A stretch of 57,384 nucleotides of DNA from Patescibacteria group bacterium (GTDB lineage Bacteria; Patescibacteriota; Microgenomatia; UBA1406; GWC2-37-13): positions 1 to 57,384 of the forward strand of contig JAOAEC010000001.1 in the NCBI GenBank assembly GCA_026416975.1, given 5' to 3'. A program made the translations under genes and the position numbers. The notes beneath the pieces are model-generated. The model was not told the origin of the DNA. It worked only from the letters and a program-made list of their open reading frames with translations, and made no database searches. Below, one piece after another: positions 36,098 to 45,102 of this stretch (positions are counted from its first letter, which is position 1; every line of letters starts with the position of its first letter).

Positions 36098-37909
36098 ATG
36101 AAAAAAAATAGATTGGTTCAGGTTTTAATTTTAATTTTAATAATTTTATTAATTATTGGCTATTTTTTTATCTGGCGACCAGTTAAAAAGATAGAAGCTC
36201 AAGGAAAAAAAGTTATTAATAAAGGTAAGGAGTTAAAAAAAGTTTTTTCTAAAAATGATATTGATCTTTTTGAAAAAGAATTAAAAGATTTTTATTCAGA
36301 TTATTCTCAGTTAGAAAAGGAGGCAAAATCAATTTATTGGCTTTCTTTTATTCCTTATGTGGCTGATTTTAAAAACGGATTAATAGCCGGTCAACATTTA
36401 ATTTTAGCAGGCCAAAAGGCGATTGAGGCAATTGTTCCTTATGCTGATTTATTAGGTTTTAAAAAAGGTGAATCTTCTTTTGTAGAAAAGTCAGCTGAAG
36501 ACAGATTACAAACAGCAGTTCTTACTTTAGACAAAATGATTCAGAAAATTGATCCAATTTCTCAAGAAATTGCTCAGGCAGAGATTTTAATAGAAAAAAT
36601 TGATTCCAAACGTTATCCTAAAAAGATTGGTAAAAGAGAGATTAGAGGTACGATTGACAATATAAAGGAACAGTTTTTTGGATTAACTTCTCTTTTTGTT
36701 GAAGCAAAGCCGTTATTAAAAAGATTGCCAGAGATTTTTGGCAAAGATAAGGAAAAAACCTATCTGATTCTTTTTCAAAATGATAAAGAGTTGCGGGCGA
36801 CCGGCGGTTTTCTTACTTCTTATGCCGTATTTAAAATTAAAAACGGAAAGATTAACATTGATCGTTCTGAAGATATTTATTCTTTAGATGAGACAATTGC
36901 TTCTCATCCCAAAGCGCCGCGAGAGATTTTAACCTATCATAAAGATGTTTACCAATTTAACATCCGCGATAGCAATCTTTCACCAGATTTTCCTACCTCA
37001 GTTGAGTTATTTAATTCTTTATATAAAAAAAGCGGGGCAAGAGTGGATTACAATGGAATAATTGCCTTAGATTCAAAAATATTGGTCGATATGTTGGAAA
37101 TTTTTGGTGATACTGAGGCGGGTGGAGTGACTTTTTCCAGCAAGATTGATAAAAGATGCGATTGCCCCCAAGTTCTTTATCAATTATTTGACATTGTTGA
37201 TAGGCCAACTCCTTATCTTCGAGAAAATCGCAAAGGGATTTTGGGCGATCTGATGTTTGCTTTGTTTTATAAAGCGATTGGTTTTTCACCTTCAAAATAC
37301 TGGGGAACCTTAATTCAAACAATGTATAAAAATTTAGAAGAAAAACATATTTTGTTGTATTTTGTTGATAAAGAGTTGCAAAAGGCGGTGGAAAAGCTTA
37401 ATTTTGCCGGAAAAATTCGTGATTATGATGGCGATTACCTTCATATTAATAATGTAAATTTTGCCGGAGCAAAGTCTAACTTATTTGTTAGTCAAAAATA
37501 TTTAGTTGAGACAAAAGGAAAGGAAAAAGAGATTACCATTGTTTTTCAGAATCCTTATCCTCATTCTGATTGCAATTTAGAAAGAGGTGGGCTTTGTCTT
37601 AATGCTACTTTAAGAAATTGGATAAGGATTTATATTCCCAAAGGTTCAAAGTTAATTAAATTTAGTGGTTCAACTAAAAAAGTTGAGGTTTATGAAGATT
37701 TGGGAAAAACGGTTTTTGAGGGTTTTATGACAGTGGCGCCGGAAAAGACGGCTAAGGTGGTTGTTAACTATCAGTTACCAGAAAAAATTAATCCCAAAAA
37801 AATTCTTATTCAAAAACAACCGGGAACTTATAATGATGAAATTATTGTTAAAGTCGATGGAAAAAAAGTTTTTGAAGGAGTTTTAAATATTGATCGAGAG
37901 ATAAAATAG
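36098..37909 (+). CDS. DUF4012-like membrane-anchored extracytoplasmic protein
   Basis: It has an N-terminal TM and an NDKELRATGGFLTSYAVFKIKNGKI motif as recalled for DUF4012. It sits next to the glycan genes. Confidence 0.55.
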   Translation: MKKNRLVQVLILILIILLIIGYFFIWRPVKKIEAQGKKVINKGKELKKVFSKNDIDLFEKELKDFYSDYSQLEKEAKSIYWLSFIPYVADFKNGLIAGQHLILAGQKAIEAIVPYADLLGFKKGESSFVEKSAEDRLQTAVLTLDKMIQKIDPISQEIAQAEILIEKIDSKRYPKKIGKREIRGTIDNIKEQFFGLTSLFVEAKPLLKRLPEIFGKDKEKTYLILFQNDKELRATGGFLTSYAVFKIKNGKINIDRSEDIYSLDETIASHPKAPREILTYHKDVYQFNIRDSNLSPDFPTSVELFNSLYKKSGARVDYNGIIALDSKILVDMLEIFGDTEAGGVTFSSKIDKRCDCPQVLYQLFDIVDRPTPYLRENRKGILGDLMFALFYKAIGFSPSKYWGTLIQTMYKNLEEKHILLYFVDKELQKAVEKLNFAGKIRDYDGDYLHINNVNFAGAKSNLFVSQKYLVETKGKEKEITIVFQNPYPHSDCNLERGGLCLNATLRNWIRIYIPKGSKLIKFSGSTKKVEVYEDLGKTVFEGFMTVAPEKTAKVVVNYQLPEKINPKKILIQKQPGTYNDEIIVKVDGKKVFEGVLNIDREIK

Positions 37910-37918
37910 TTCATTAAG

Positions 37919-38449
37919 ATGAGTAAGGTGGTTAAAACAGAGGCGATTGTTTTTAAAAAAACCAGTCTTTTAAATAAAGATTTAAGAATAACTTTATTGA
38001 CAAAAGAGTGGGGAAAAATTAATGTTTTTGCCAAAGGAGCAAAAAAAATCACCAGTCGGCGGTTACCTCATTTGGAAACTGCTAATCTAATTAACGCCTT
38101 TATTTCTAAAAAAGAGATTTATTTTTATCTTCAGGAAACAGAACTAATTTCCGGATTTATCAAGATAAAAAAAGAGCCAAAAAAAATGAGTTATTTATAT
38201 TTTATTTTTTTTGTTTTGGAAAAAATTTTGCCGGAAAATGAAAAAGAACCAAAAATATATCAATTAACAAAAAGTTTTTTAGTTGATCTTTCCCAAAAAG
38301 ATTTTTTTAATAAAGAGACGATGACTGATTATCTTAATCAATTTTTAAAAATTTTAGGTTATATAAAAAAAAAGATAGATTTTGAAGAACTTTGTTTACA
38401 AATTGAAGAAATTATTAACCAAAAACTGCCATTTTTTTTAACTTCTTAG
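37919..38449 (+). CDS. recO: DNA repair protein RecO (short form, 176 aa)
   Basis: The N-terminal OB-fold pattern is EAIVFKK....KDLRITLLTKE.GKI.VFAKGAKK. The C-terminal zinc-binding region is absent. Confidence 0.6.
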   Translation: MSKVVKTEAIVFKKTSLLNKDLRITLLTKEWGKINVFAKGAKKITSRRLPHLETANLINAFISKKEIYFYLQETELISGFIKIKKEPKKMSYLYFIFFVLEKILPENEKEPKIYQLTKSFLVDLSQKDFFNKETMTDYLNQFLKILGYIKKKIDFEELCLQIEEIINQKLPFFLTS

Positions 38450-38469
38450 TATATAATTAAAATATTAAT

Positions 38470-39741
38470 ATGGACAAAATTATTGCATTAGCTAAAAGAC
38501 GAGGTTTTGTTTATCCTTCATCAGAAATTTATGGCGGAATTAGCGGTTTTTGGGATTATGGACCGTTAGGGGCAGAGTTAAAAAATAACATTAAAAGACT
38601 TTGGTGGCAGACAATGGTTTATCAACGAGAAGATGTAGTGGGTATTGATGCGGCGATTATAATGAATCCTAAAGTTTGGGAAACATCTGGTCATACGTCT
38701 TCATTTACCGATCCTTTGGTTGAGTGTAAGAGTTGTCATTTAAGATTTCGAGCTGATAAAATTGAAGACAACCGTTGTCCCAACTGTCAAGCAAAAAATA
38801 ATTTTACCGAAGAAAAAAAATTTAATCTTTTAACTGAAGTTTATTTGGGAGTTACCGAACCAAAACAAAAAGCTTATTTGAGAGGAGAGATTACTCAAGG
38901 AGTTTTTGTTAATTTTAAAAATATTATTGATTCTTTTAGGGTAAAGATTCCTTTTGGTGTTGCTCAGATTGGTAAAGCTTTTCGTAATGAGATTACTCCT
39001 GGTAATTTTACTTATCGATCAAGAGAGTTTGAACAAATGGAGTTAGAATTTTTTATTAAACCAGAAGAAAAAGAAGTAGAAAAATGGTTTAATTATTGGA
39101 CAGAAGAAAGATTTAATTGGTATGTAAATTTAGGGATAAAAAAGAATAGATTAAGATTAAGGGAACACAAAGAAGAAGAGCGAGCTCATTATGCTAAAAA
39201 AGCTTTAGATATTGAATATCAAGCGCCTTTTGGTTGGAGTGAGTTTGAAGGAATTCATCATCGGGGTGATTGGGATTTATCAAGACATAATCTAAGATAT
39301 AAAGATAAAGAAACAAACGAAGAATACTTTCCTTGGGTGATTGAAACCTCAGGAGGAGTTGATCGTTCGGCTTTATTTTTTTTGATTGATAGTTATCAAG
39401 AAAAAAATGGTCGAGTTGTTTTACAACTTAATCCTTTACTTTCACCAATAAAAGTGGCGGTTTTTCCTCTTTTAGCCAATAAAGAAAGCTTGGTTAAAAA
39501 AGCGCGGCAGATTTATGATTTAATAAAAAGAAAATTTATTACCATTTGGGATGATCGAGGAAATATTGGCAAGCGTTATTTTAGTCAAGATGAGATTGGT
39601 ACTCCTTTTTGCGTGACTATCGATTTCCAAACTTTGGAAGATGAAACAGTGACAGTAAGAGATAGAGATACGACTAAACAAGAAAGAATAAAAATTTCTA
39701 AATTAGAAACTTATTTAAAAGAAAAAATTAACCAGTTATAA
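38470..39741 (+). CDS. glyQS: Glycine--tRNA ligase (alpha2 dimeric class II type)
   Basis: It has RRGFVYPSSEIYGG..GFWDYGPLG and FRNEI.PGNF..R.REFEQME.EFF. Confidence 0.92.
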   Translation: MDKIIALAKRRGFVYPSSEIYGGISGFWDYGPLGAELKNNIKRLWWQTMVYQREDVVGIDAAIIMNPKVWETSGHTSSFTDPLVECKSCHLRFRADKIEDNRCPNCQAKNNFTEEKKFNLLTEVYLGVTEPKQKAYLRGEITQGVFVNFKNIIDSFRVKIPFGVAQIGKAFRNEITPGNFTYRSREFEQMELEFFIKPEEKEVEKWFNYWTEERFNWYVNLGIKKNRLRLREHKEEERAHYAKKALDIEYQAPFGWSEFEGIHHRGDWDLSRHNLRYKDKETNEEYFPWVIETSGGVDRSALFFLIDSYQEKNGRVVLQLNPLLSPIKVAVFPLLANKESLVKKARQIYDLIKRKFITIWDDRGNIGKRYFSQDEIGTPFCVTIDFQTLEDETVTVRDRDTTKQERIKISKLETYLKEKINQL

Positions 39742-39760
39742 TTTTTTAAAATATATTTTT

Positions 39761-40225
39761 ATGAAAAAAATAGAAAAAAAACATTTTTTTATTTTTGGAA
39801 TGATTGCTGTTTTGTTGTTAATAATTATTTTTTGGTTAATAATAGGTAAGAAGTTAAAAAGTAAAAATGATGATCGTCAGCAATTGATACCGACAGAAAC
39901 AATTATCCCAACGATTGATTCGTCAGTAAAGGTTTCTTTAACCCCTTTTTCTCAAGGAAAGGAGGTGTTATTATCAATAAAAAGTATTCCTTTAGGAACA
40001 AAAAGTTTGGAATACATTTTATCTTATGAAACAGAAGATGGGGGATTACAAGGAGTTAATAGTTTAGCCGAGGTTCAAGGAAGAGAATTTGAGAAAAAGA
40101 TTACTTTGGGAACGTGTTCTTCTGGTACTTGTGTTTATCATCAGATTAAGGGTGAGATAAAATTAGAACTAAAGTTTATTGGTGATTATGGAGAAAAAAT
40201 TTTTGAAAAAAATTATTCGTTATAA
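39761..40225 (+). CDS. N-terminally anchored extracytoplasmic protein, unknown function
   Basis: It has a single N-terminal TM, a beta-rich C-terminus and a GTCSSGTCVYH motif. Confidence 0.4.
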   Translation: MKKIEKKHFFIFGMIAVLLLIIIFWLIIGKKLKSKNDDRQQLIPTETIIPTIDSSVKVSLTPFSQGKEVLLSIKSIPLGTKSLEYILSYETEDGGLQGVNSLAEVQGREFEKKITLGTCSSGTCVYHQIKGEIKLELKFIGDYGEKIFEKNYSL

Positions 40226-40242
40226 ATTATTTTTTAATTTAT

Positions 40243-40488
40243 ATGCCAATTATTAAATCAGCTAAAAAAAAATTAAGACAGGATATTAAAAAAACAAAAA
40301 GAAATCGTTTTTTAAAAAACAGGTATAAAAAAATAATTGATGAAATAAAAAAAATAAAAGATAAAAATAAGGTTAAATCTTTGATAAAAAAAACTTATCA
40401 AGCGATTGATAAGGCAGCTAAAAAAAATGTAATTCATAAAAATAAAGCTGACCGTTTAAAATCGCAAGTAGCTAAATTTTTAAAATGA
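40243..40488 (+). CDS. rpsT: 30S ribosomal protein S20
   Basis: It has MPIIKSAKKKLRQ..K.T.RN ... IHKNKA.R.KS. Confidence 0.88.
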   Translation: MPIIKSAKKKLRQDIKKTKRNRFLKNRYKKIIDEIKKIKDKNKVKSLIKKTYQAIDKAAKKNVIHKNKADRLKSQVAKFLK

Positions 40489-41018
40489 AATATAAAATTA
40501 ATCTTTTTTCTTCAAAAAAAGAGAGCTTTTTAGAAAAAGCTATTTATTTTTCCTTAAATTATTTACGTTATATTTTAGTAATTACTCAAACAGTGGTAAT
40601 TTTTGTTTTCTTTTATAAATTTAAAGTTGATCAAGAAATTATTGATTTAGAAGAGGCAATTGGACAAAAAAAAGAAATTGTTAATGTTACAGAACCATTA
40701 TTTAAACAAGGACAAGAGTTTGAATTAATTTTAAATTATCTTAAAAAAATTTACCAAGAACAGGAAAATTTAGATGGAATTATGGAATATCTTTTTTCTA
40801 ATTTTCCTAAAGATCTTTTTTTAACAAAATTAGAATTAAAGAAAGAATTAGTATTAATGGAAGGTTATGCCTTTAATTCAACATTAATAGAGCTCTTTTA
40901 TAAAAAGTTAAAAAATGATAAAAAATTTAGAGAAGTAAATTTAATTTCAATAAATAAATCAGAGCTTGGTTTTAATTTTGTTTTAAAACTTATAAATTAC
41001 AATAATAATTTAAATTAA
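40485..41018 (+). CDS. PilN-like bitopic membrane protein
   Basis: It has an N-terminal INLF motif (PilN has INLLP), one TM, a coiled coil, then an L.L......L.GYA.....L..F...L pattern. The start overlaps the rpsT stop. Confidence 0.5.
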   Translation: MKYKINLFSSKKESFLEKAIYFSLNYLRYILVITQTVVIFVFFYKFKVDQEIIDLEEAIGQKKEIVNVTEPLFKQGQEFELILNYLKKIYQEQENLDGIMEYLFSNFPKDLFLTKLELKKELVLMEGYAFNSTLIELFYKKLKNDKKFREVNLISINKSELGFNFVLKLINYNNNLN

Positions 41019-41030
41019 AATAATTTTAAA

Positions 41031-41609
41031 ATGAGAGATAATCTAAAAATTAAAGAGTTATTAAAAAAAAACGGAAAAGACTATACTTATGCGGTTATCT
41101 TTTTTTTAATTTTTTCTTTCTTTCTGTTTTTCGTTATTCGGCCAAATATTATATTGATTTTTAAAGCTAATAGTGAAATAGAAAATCTTAAAAGAGTGGA
41201 TAATTTTTATGAAGTGAAGATTCAGAAGATTATTGAATTGCAACAGATAATAGAAGAGAATCGGGATGATTTTAGGCTTTTAAATAAGGCAATCACCAGA
41301 AAACCAGAGGTAAATAAAGTTTTATTTGATTTGACTCAATTAATTGAAAAAAACAAACTAATAATTAATAAGATAAACGTTATTGATATTAATCTCAAAT
41401 CTAATTTTTTATTAAGTCAATTAAAAAAAGTTTCTTTTAAAATGGAATTAACAGGTAGTTTTAATGATTTTAACAATTTTATTAAGGAGATTCACCGTCA
41501 AAGACGAGCTAAAACAGTAAAAAACATTTTAATTAACAAAAAGGAACAGGAAAGTAGTGAAAGTGCCTCTTTAATTTTTGATTTAGAAGTTGAAGGGTAT
41601 TATCTATGA
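41031..41609 (+). CDS. PilO-like bitopic membrane protein
   Basis: It has one TM, a coiled coil, and a C-terminal VSFKMELTGSFNDFNNFIKEI ... IFDLEVEGYY resembling PilO. Confidence 0.45.
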   Translation: MRDNLKIKELLKKNGKDYTYAVIFFLIFSFFLFFVIRPNIILIFKANSEIENLKRVDNFYEVKIQKIIELQQIIEENRDDFRLLNKAITRKPEVNKVLFDLTQLIEKNKLIINKINVIDINLKSNFLLSQLKKVSFKMELTGSFNDFNNFIKEIHRQRRAKTVKNILINKKEQESSESASLIFDLEVEGYYL

Positions 41610-41791
41610 ATAGAAAAGAATTATTTCTTATTTCTTTAACAATTTTTTTAACAATTTTTGCTTGGGTTTTATTTGATATTTATCGGATTAAGACAGATAA
41701 AAATTTACCTGATCAATATAACATAACAACGATAAAAAATGTTAAACTAGAGATAGAAGTGTTAAAAAAATTGAAAACCAAAAACCAATGA
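41606..41791 (+). CDS. Small single-TM protein
   Basis: The 61-aa ORF overlaps both neighbours by 4 nt. Confidence 0.4.
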   Translation: MNRKELFLISLTIFLTIFAWVLFDIYRIKTDKNLPDQYNITTIKNVKLEIEVLKKLKTKNQ

Positions 41792-43095
41792 TTTACTCTC
41801 GTTTTTTTCTCAAAAACCAAAGTTCAGTAAAAATACCAACAGGAGTTTTTTTTTTGATTATTATTTTAATCACTATTTTTTTAAGCCGATTTTTTTATAA
41901 AAATTATTATAAAAAGCCAACTGTTTCCGAAAAAAATAAAATAGTTAGCGTTAAGATAGTTAATTTATCTCCCCGTCAGGTCGGTGTTTTTTGGCAAACA
42001 GTCAAAAAAGAAACAGGGTGGTTAATTTTTGGAGAAAACGAACAAAGCTTAGACAAGGTTTTTTTTGATGAAAGAGATACATCTGATAAAAAAAATTCCT
42101 ATTTTAATCACTATGTTATTTTAAGAAATTTAACTCCTAAAAAAAAATATTTTTTTAAAGTAGTAAACAATAACTCAGTTTATTCTTTAACTAAAAATCA
42201 ACCGTTTTCTTTTATCACACCAGAAAATTTTTCTTTAACAACCAGATTAAAACCAGTTTATGGAAGGGTAATTGATAATAAAGAAACACCAGTGGTTTCG
42301 GCAATGGTTATTTTATCTTTTAATAATTGTTACTCTTTAGCTAGTGAAACGAAACTTAATGGTGAGTTTTTAATTCCTTTAAACAATATTATTGAAAAAA
42401 CATCCCACAGACCAAAAATTTTAAAAGCTGATGAGGTGGTGAAGATTGAGATTTTTGCTGAAAATGGTCAAAAAACTCTGATTGAGGGAAAATTATCAAA
42501 TTTAACTCCATTGTCAAAAATCGTTATTCTAGGTAAAAATTATTCTTTTTTGAATGAGTCAATGGTTCTTTCCGCCAATACAACAGTTAAAAATTATAAT
42601 CAGATAGAAATTCTTTTTCCTAAAGAGGGAAGTATTATTCCTTCTCAAAATCCATTAATTAAAGGATTGGCAATTCCTAAAAGCGAGGTAATTATAACAA
42701 TTAATTCTTTATCTTTAAATATTTCTTTAAGAACCAAGGCGGATAATAAAGGAGTTTGGACTGCTTTTTTACCTCAGAAACTAAATCCAGGATTACAACA
42801 GCTAACTCTTTCTACCAAAGACGAAAAAGGAAAAGAAGTAAAAATTAAGAGAAATTTTTCTATTGCTAAATCGGGTGAACAAGTGTTGGGTGAAGCAACA
42901 CCAGAAGCCTTACCAACGCAAATTATTCAAACAGAAGCCTTAATTTCGCCTTCGCCAACAGTTTATTTATCACCAACAATTATTTTTTATACTTCGACGC
43001 CAACTCCATTTCAATCAGGAGTGGTTAATAATTTAATAACAACAATGGCTTTAGCCTTGATAATTTTAGGAAGCGGAATAATTCTTGTATTTTAA
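41788..43095 (+). CDS. Surface protein with FN3-like, carboxypeptidase-regulatory-like and Ig-like segments plus a C-terminal hydrophobic anchor
   Basis: It has an N-terminal TM, VKIVNLSPRQVGVFWQT...NHYVILRNLTPKKKYFFKV (FN3 / purple-acid-phosphatase N-terminal-like), and YGRVIDNKETPVVSAMVIL. A P/T-rich linker is followed by PFQSGVVNN and a TM at the C-terminus. Confidence 0.5.
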   Translation: MIYSRFFLKNQSSVKIPTGVFFLIIILITIFLSRFFYKNYYKKPTVSEKNKIVSVKIVNLSPRQVGVFWQTVKKETGWLIFGENEQSLDKVFFDERDTSDKKNSYFNHYVILRNLTPKKKYFFKVVNNNSVYSLTKNQPFSFITPENFSLTTRLKPVYGRVIDNKETPVVSAMVILSFNNCYSLASETKLNGEFLIPLNNIIEKTSHRPKILKADEVVKIEIFAENGQKTLIEGKLSNLTPLSKIVILGKNYSFLNESMVLSANTTVKNYNQIEILFPKEGSIIPSQNPLIKGLAIPKSEVIITINSLSLNISLRTKADNKGVWTAFLPQKLNPGLQQLTLSTKDEKGKEVKIKRNFSIAKSGEQVLGEATPEALPTQIIQTEALISPSPTVYLSPTIIFYTSTPTPFQSGVVNNLITTMALALIILGSGIILVF

Positions 43096-43124
43096 CTTTC
43101 TTTTGAGATACAATTTTAATATCT

Positions 43125-43790
43125 ATGGAAATAATTTATTTTCTCTCCTCAGTTAATAAAATCAGCTTAGTTTCCTTTTTGATAGTGTTAGGGTTTTTAA
43201 TATATGAGATTTATCTTTTTAAAAAAGAAAAATGTAAACAAAATAAGCCATTTATTCCTAAATTTGAAGAAGAAAAGAAAATTTTAGTGGAACAGGGACA
43301 AAAAATTATTTTTCAAAAACAAAAAACATTAACTAAAATTAATCAAACATATATTTGGTTGATTTTAGTAATTTTAGTAGTATTTTTTGGTATGGTAACA
43401 GTTTATAGTGGTATAAATCAAAAACAAATAAGTCAAAAGAATGAAGAAAAAAAGATAACTGATAGTCAAACTTTACCATTAGTAAGTTATGTTCGATCAA
43501 AAGGAATTAAGCTTTTTAATGAAGAAAAAAAACTTTTTTCAGAAGAAGATTTAAAAAAATTAAAAAGTGGTAATAAAATTATTATTGGAATAGAAACAAT
43601 TGAGCAAGCGGATATTGATTATGCTCGAATTAAGGTGAATAAAAAAGAATGGGAGACTAGCGATATTACGATGAAATTTGATCAAACAAACAAGGTGTTT
43701 TATATTGAGTATGTTATTCCTGAAAAAACAGAAAGATTAAAAATTGATGCCCAACTTCATTCAAAAACTGATGGTTGGTTGGGAGATTAA
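43125..43790 (+). CDS. Two-TM membrane protein with a C-terminal beta-rich domain, unknown function
   Basis: It is in the ORF track and has two hydrophobic segments. Confidence 0.35.
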   Translation: MEIIYFLSSVNKISLVSFLIVLGFLIYEIYLFKKEKCKQNKPFIPKFEEEKKILVEQGQKIIFQKQKTLTKINQTYIWLILVILVVFFGMVTVYSGINQKQISQKNEEKKITDSQTLPLVSYVRSKGIKLFNEEKKLFSEEDLKKLKSGNKIIIGIETIEQADIDYARIKVNKKEWETSDITMKFDQTNKVFYIEYVIPEKTERLKIDAQLHSKTDGWLGD

Positions 43791-43793
43791 ATT

Positions 43794-44243
43794 ATGAAAA
43801 ACAAAAACAAAATAATTAAGGTTTTTTTATTGGGAATGGTTTTTTTATTAATAGGAGCGATATTTTATATTAGTTACCTTCTTAATAATAATTCTTCTAA
43901 TGAAAAATCAACCATTGTTTCAAAAAAAATAAAGGCAGCTGATGTTTCTTATCAGCGAGAGATTACTTTATTGCCCGATCAAGTTTCACCAACAGAAACT
44001 GAATCGTTAATATCGCCAACTTTAACAAAGATTATCAATACTCCTATACCGACAGAGGTTTTATTAGCCTATCAAAATCAAGAGCTAGAGATAACTAATA
44101 CAACAACACCAACAGAAACATTAACAACAACAGTTTTAATAACAAAAAAAGAAGAAAGATTACCTAAGGCAGGATTTATTAATAACGTTTTAATTATCTT
44201 TATTAGTTGTACTTCATTAATTTTTTTTGGTCTTCTTTTTTAA
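43794..44243 (+). CDS. Small Thr/Pro-rich surface protein with a C-terminal LPKAG + hydrophobic sorting-like signal
   Basis: It has an N-terminal TM or signal, a T/P-rich middle, and LPKAG (44160-44174) followed by 22 hydrophobic residues to the stop. Confidence 0.5.
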   Translation: MKNKNKIIKVFLLGMVFLLIGAIFYISYLLNNNSSNEKSTIVSKKIKAADVSYQREITLLPDQVSPTETESLISPTLTKIINTPIPTEVLLAYQNQELEITNTTTPTETLTTTVLITKKEERLPKAGFINNVLIIFISCTSLIFFGLLF

Positions 44244-44257
44244 GAACTAAAAAATAA

Positions 44258-44920
44258 CTATTTTTTGTTATTAATATTAATAATATTTAAAAAATTGTGG
44301 GGATTTAAAGAGGCGTTGCCAACAAGAAAACCATCTATTTTATTTGATTGAGCATAAATTCTAACATTTTTTTCATTAACAGAGCCTCCATAGATAAAAA
44401 TGGTTTCTTTTTTTATCGCTAAAGATTGTTTAAATTTTAAAATTTCTTCAACCGATTGATTATTGCCTGTACCAATAGCTGAAGAAGGTTCATAAGCGAT
44501 AATTTTTATAGAAGAATTTAATAAAGAAAAATCGTCTTTTTTTTCTAAACAAAAAATTGGTTCAATTTGATATTTTAAAGCCAAATTTAATTTTTGAAGA
44601 AGAACTTTAGAATTTTCTTTAAAGTATTTTTTTCTTTCACTATGACCAATAATAACAAAATTAACCAAACCTTGAAGATTTTTAGCGGTTACCTCACCGG
44701 TATAAGAACCTTCTTCAAAAAAAGAGATATTTTGAGCGCCTAAAAATAAATTTTTAAAACGACTGATTTTTTCTTTTAAAAAATAAAGAAAAGGAAAAGG
44801 AGGACAAATAATGATTTTTTTGTTTTTGTTATCTTGATAATTTTTTAAAAACTTACTAGTCCATTCTTTAACTTCTTCAATATTTTTATTTGCTTTCCAA
44901 TTAGCAATAAAGTATTTCAT
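44258..44920 (-). CDS. tpiA: Triosephosphate isomerase
   Basis: It has ANWKAN, IIGHSERK and AYEPSSAIGTG. Confidence 0.88.
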   Translation of the reverse strand: MKYFIANWKANKNIEEVKEWTSKFLKNYQDNKNKKIIICPPFPFLYFLKEKISRFKNLFLGAQNISFFEEGSYTGEVTAKNLQGLVNFVIIGHSERKKYFKENSKVLLQKLNLALKYQIEPIFCLEKKDDFSLLNSSIKIIAYEPSSAIGTGNNQSVEEILKFKQSLAIKKETIFIYGGSVNEKNVRIYAQSNKIDGFLVGNASLNPHNFLNIININNKK

Positions 44921-45102
44921 ATGATTATTTTATCATTTTTTATATTTTTATAGTTTATTTAAGATTTAATATTTAAAATTTAACCTTTTATTTATTATTT
45001 ATCTTATTTTATTAAGCTTTTATTTAAGCGCTTCAATTTAGATAAGAGACTGAATTATAATTTTAACCATTAATGATTTAATTAGTGTTATTATTAATAT
45101 CT

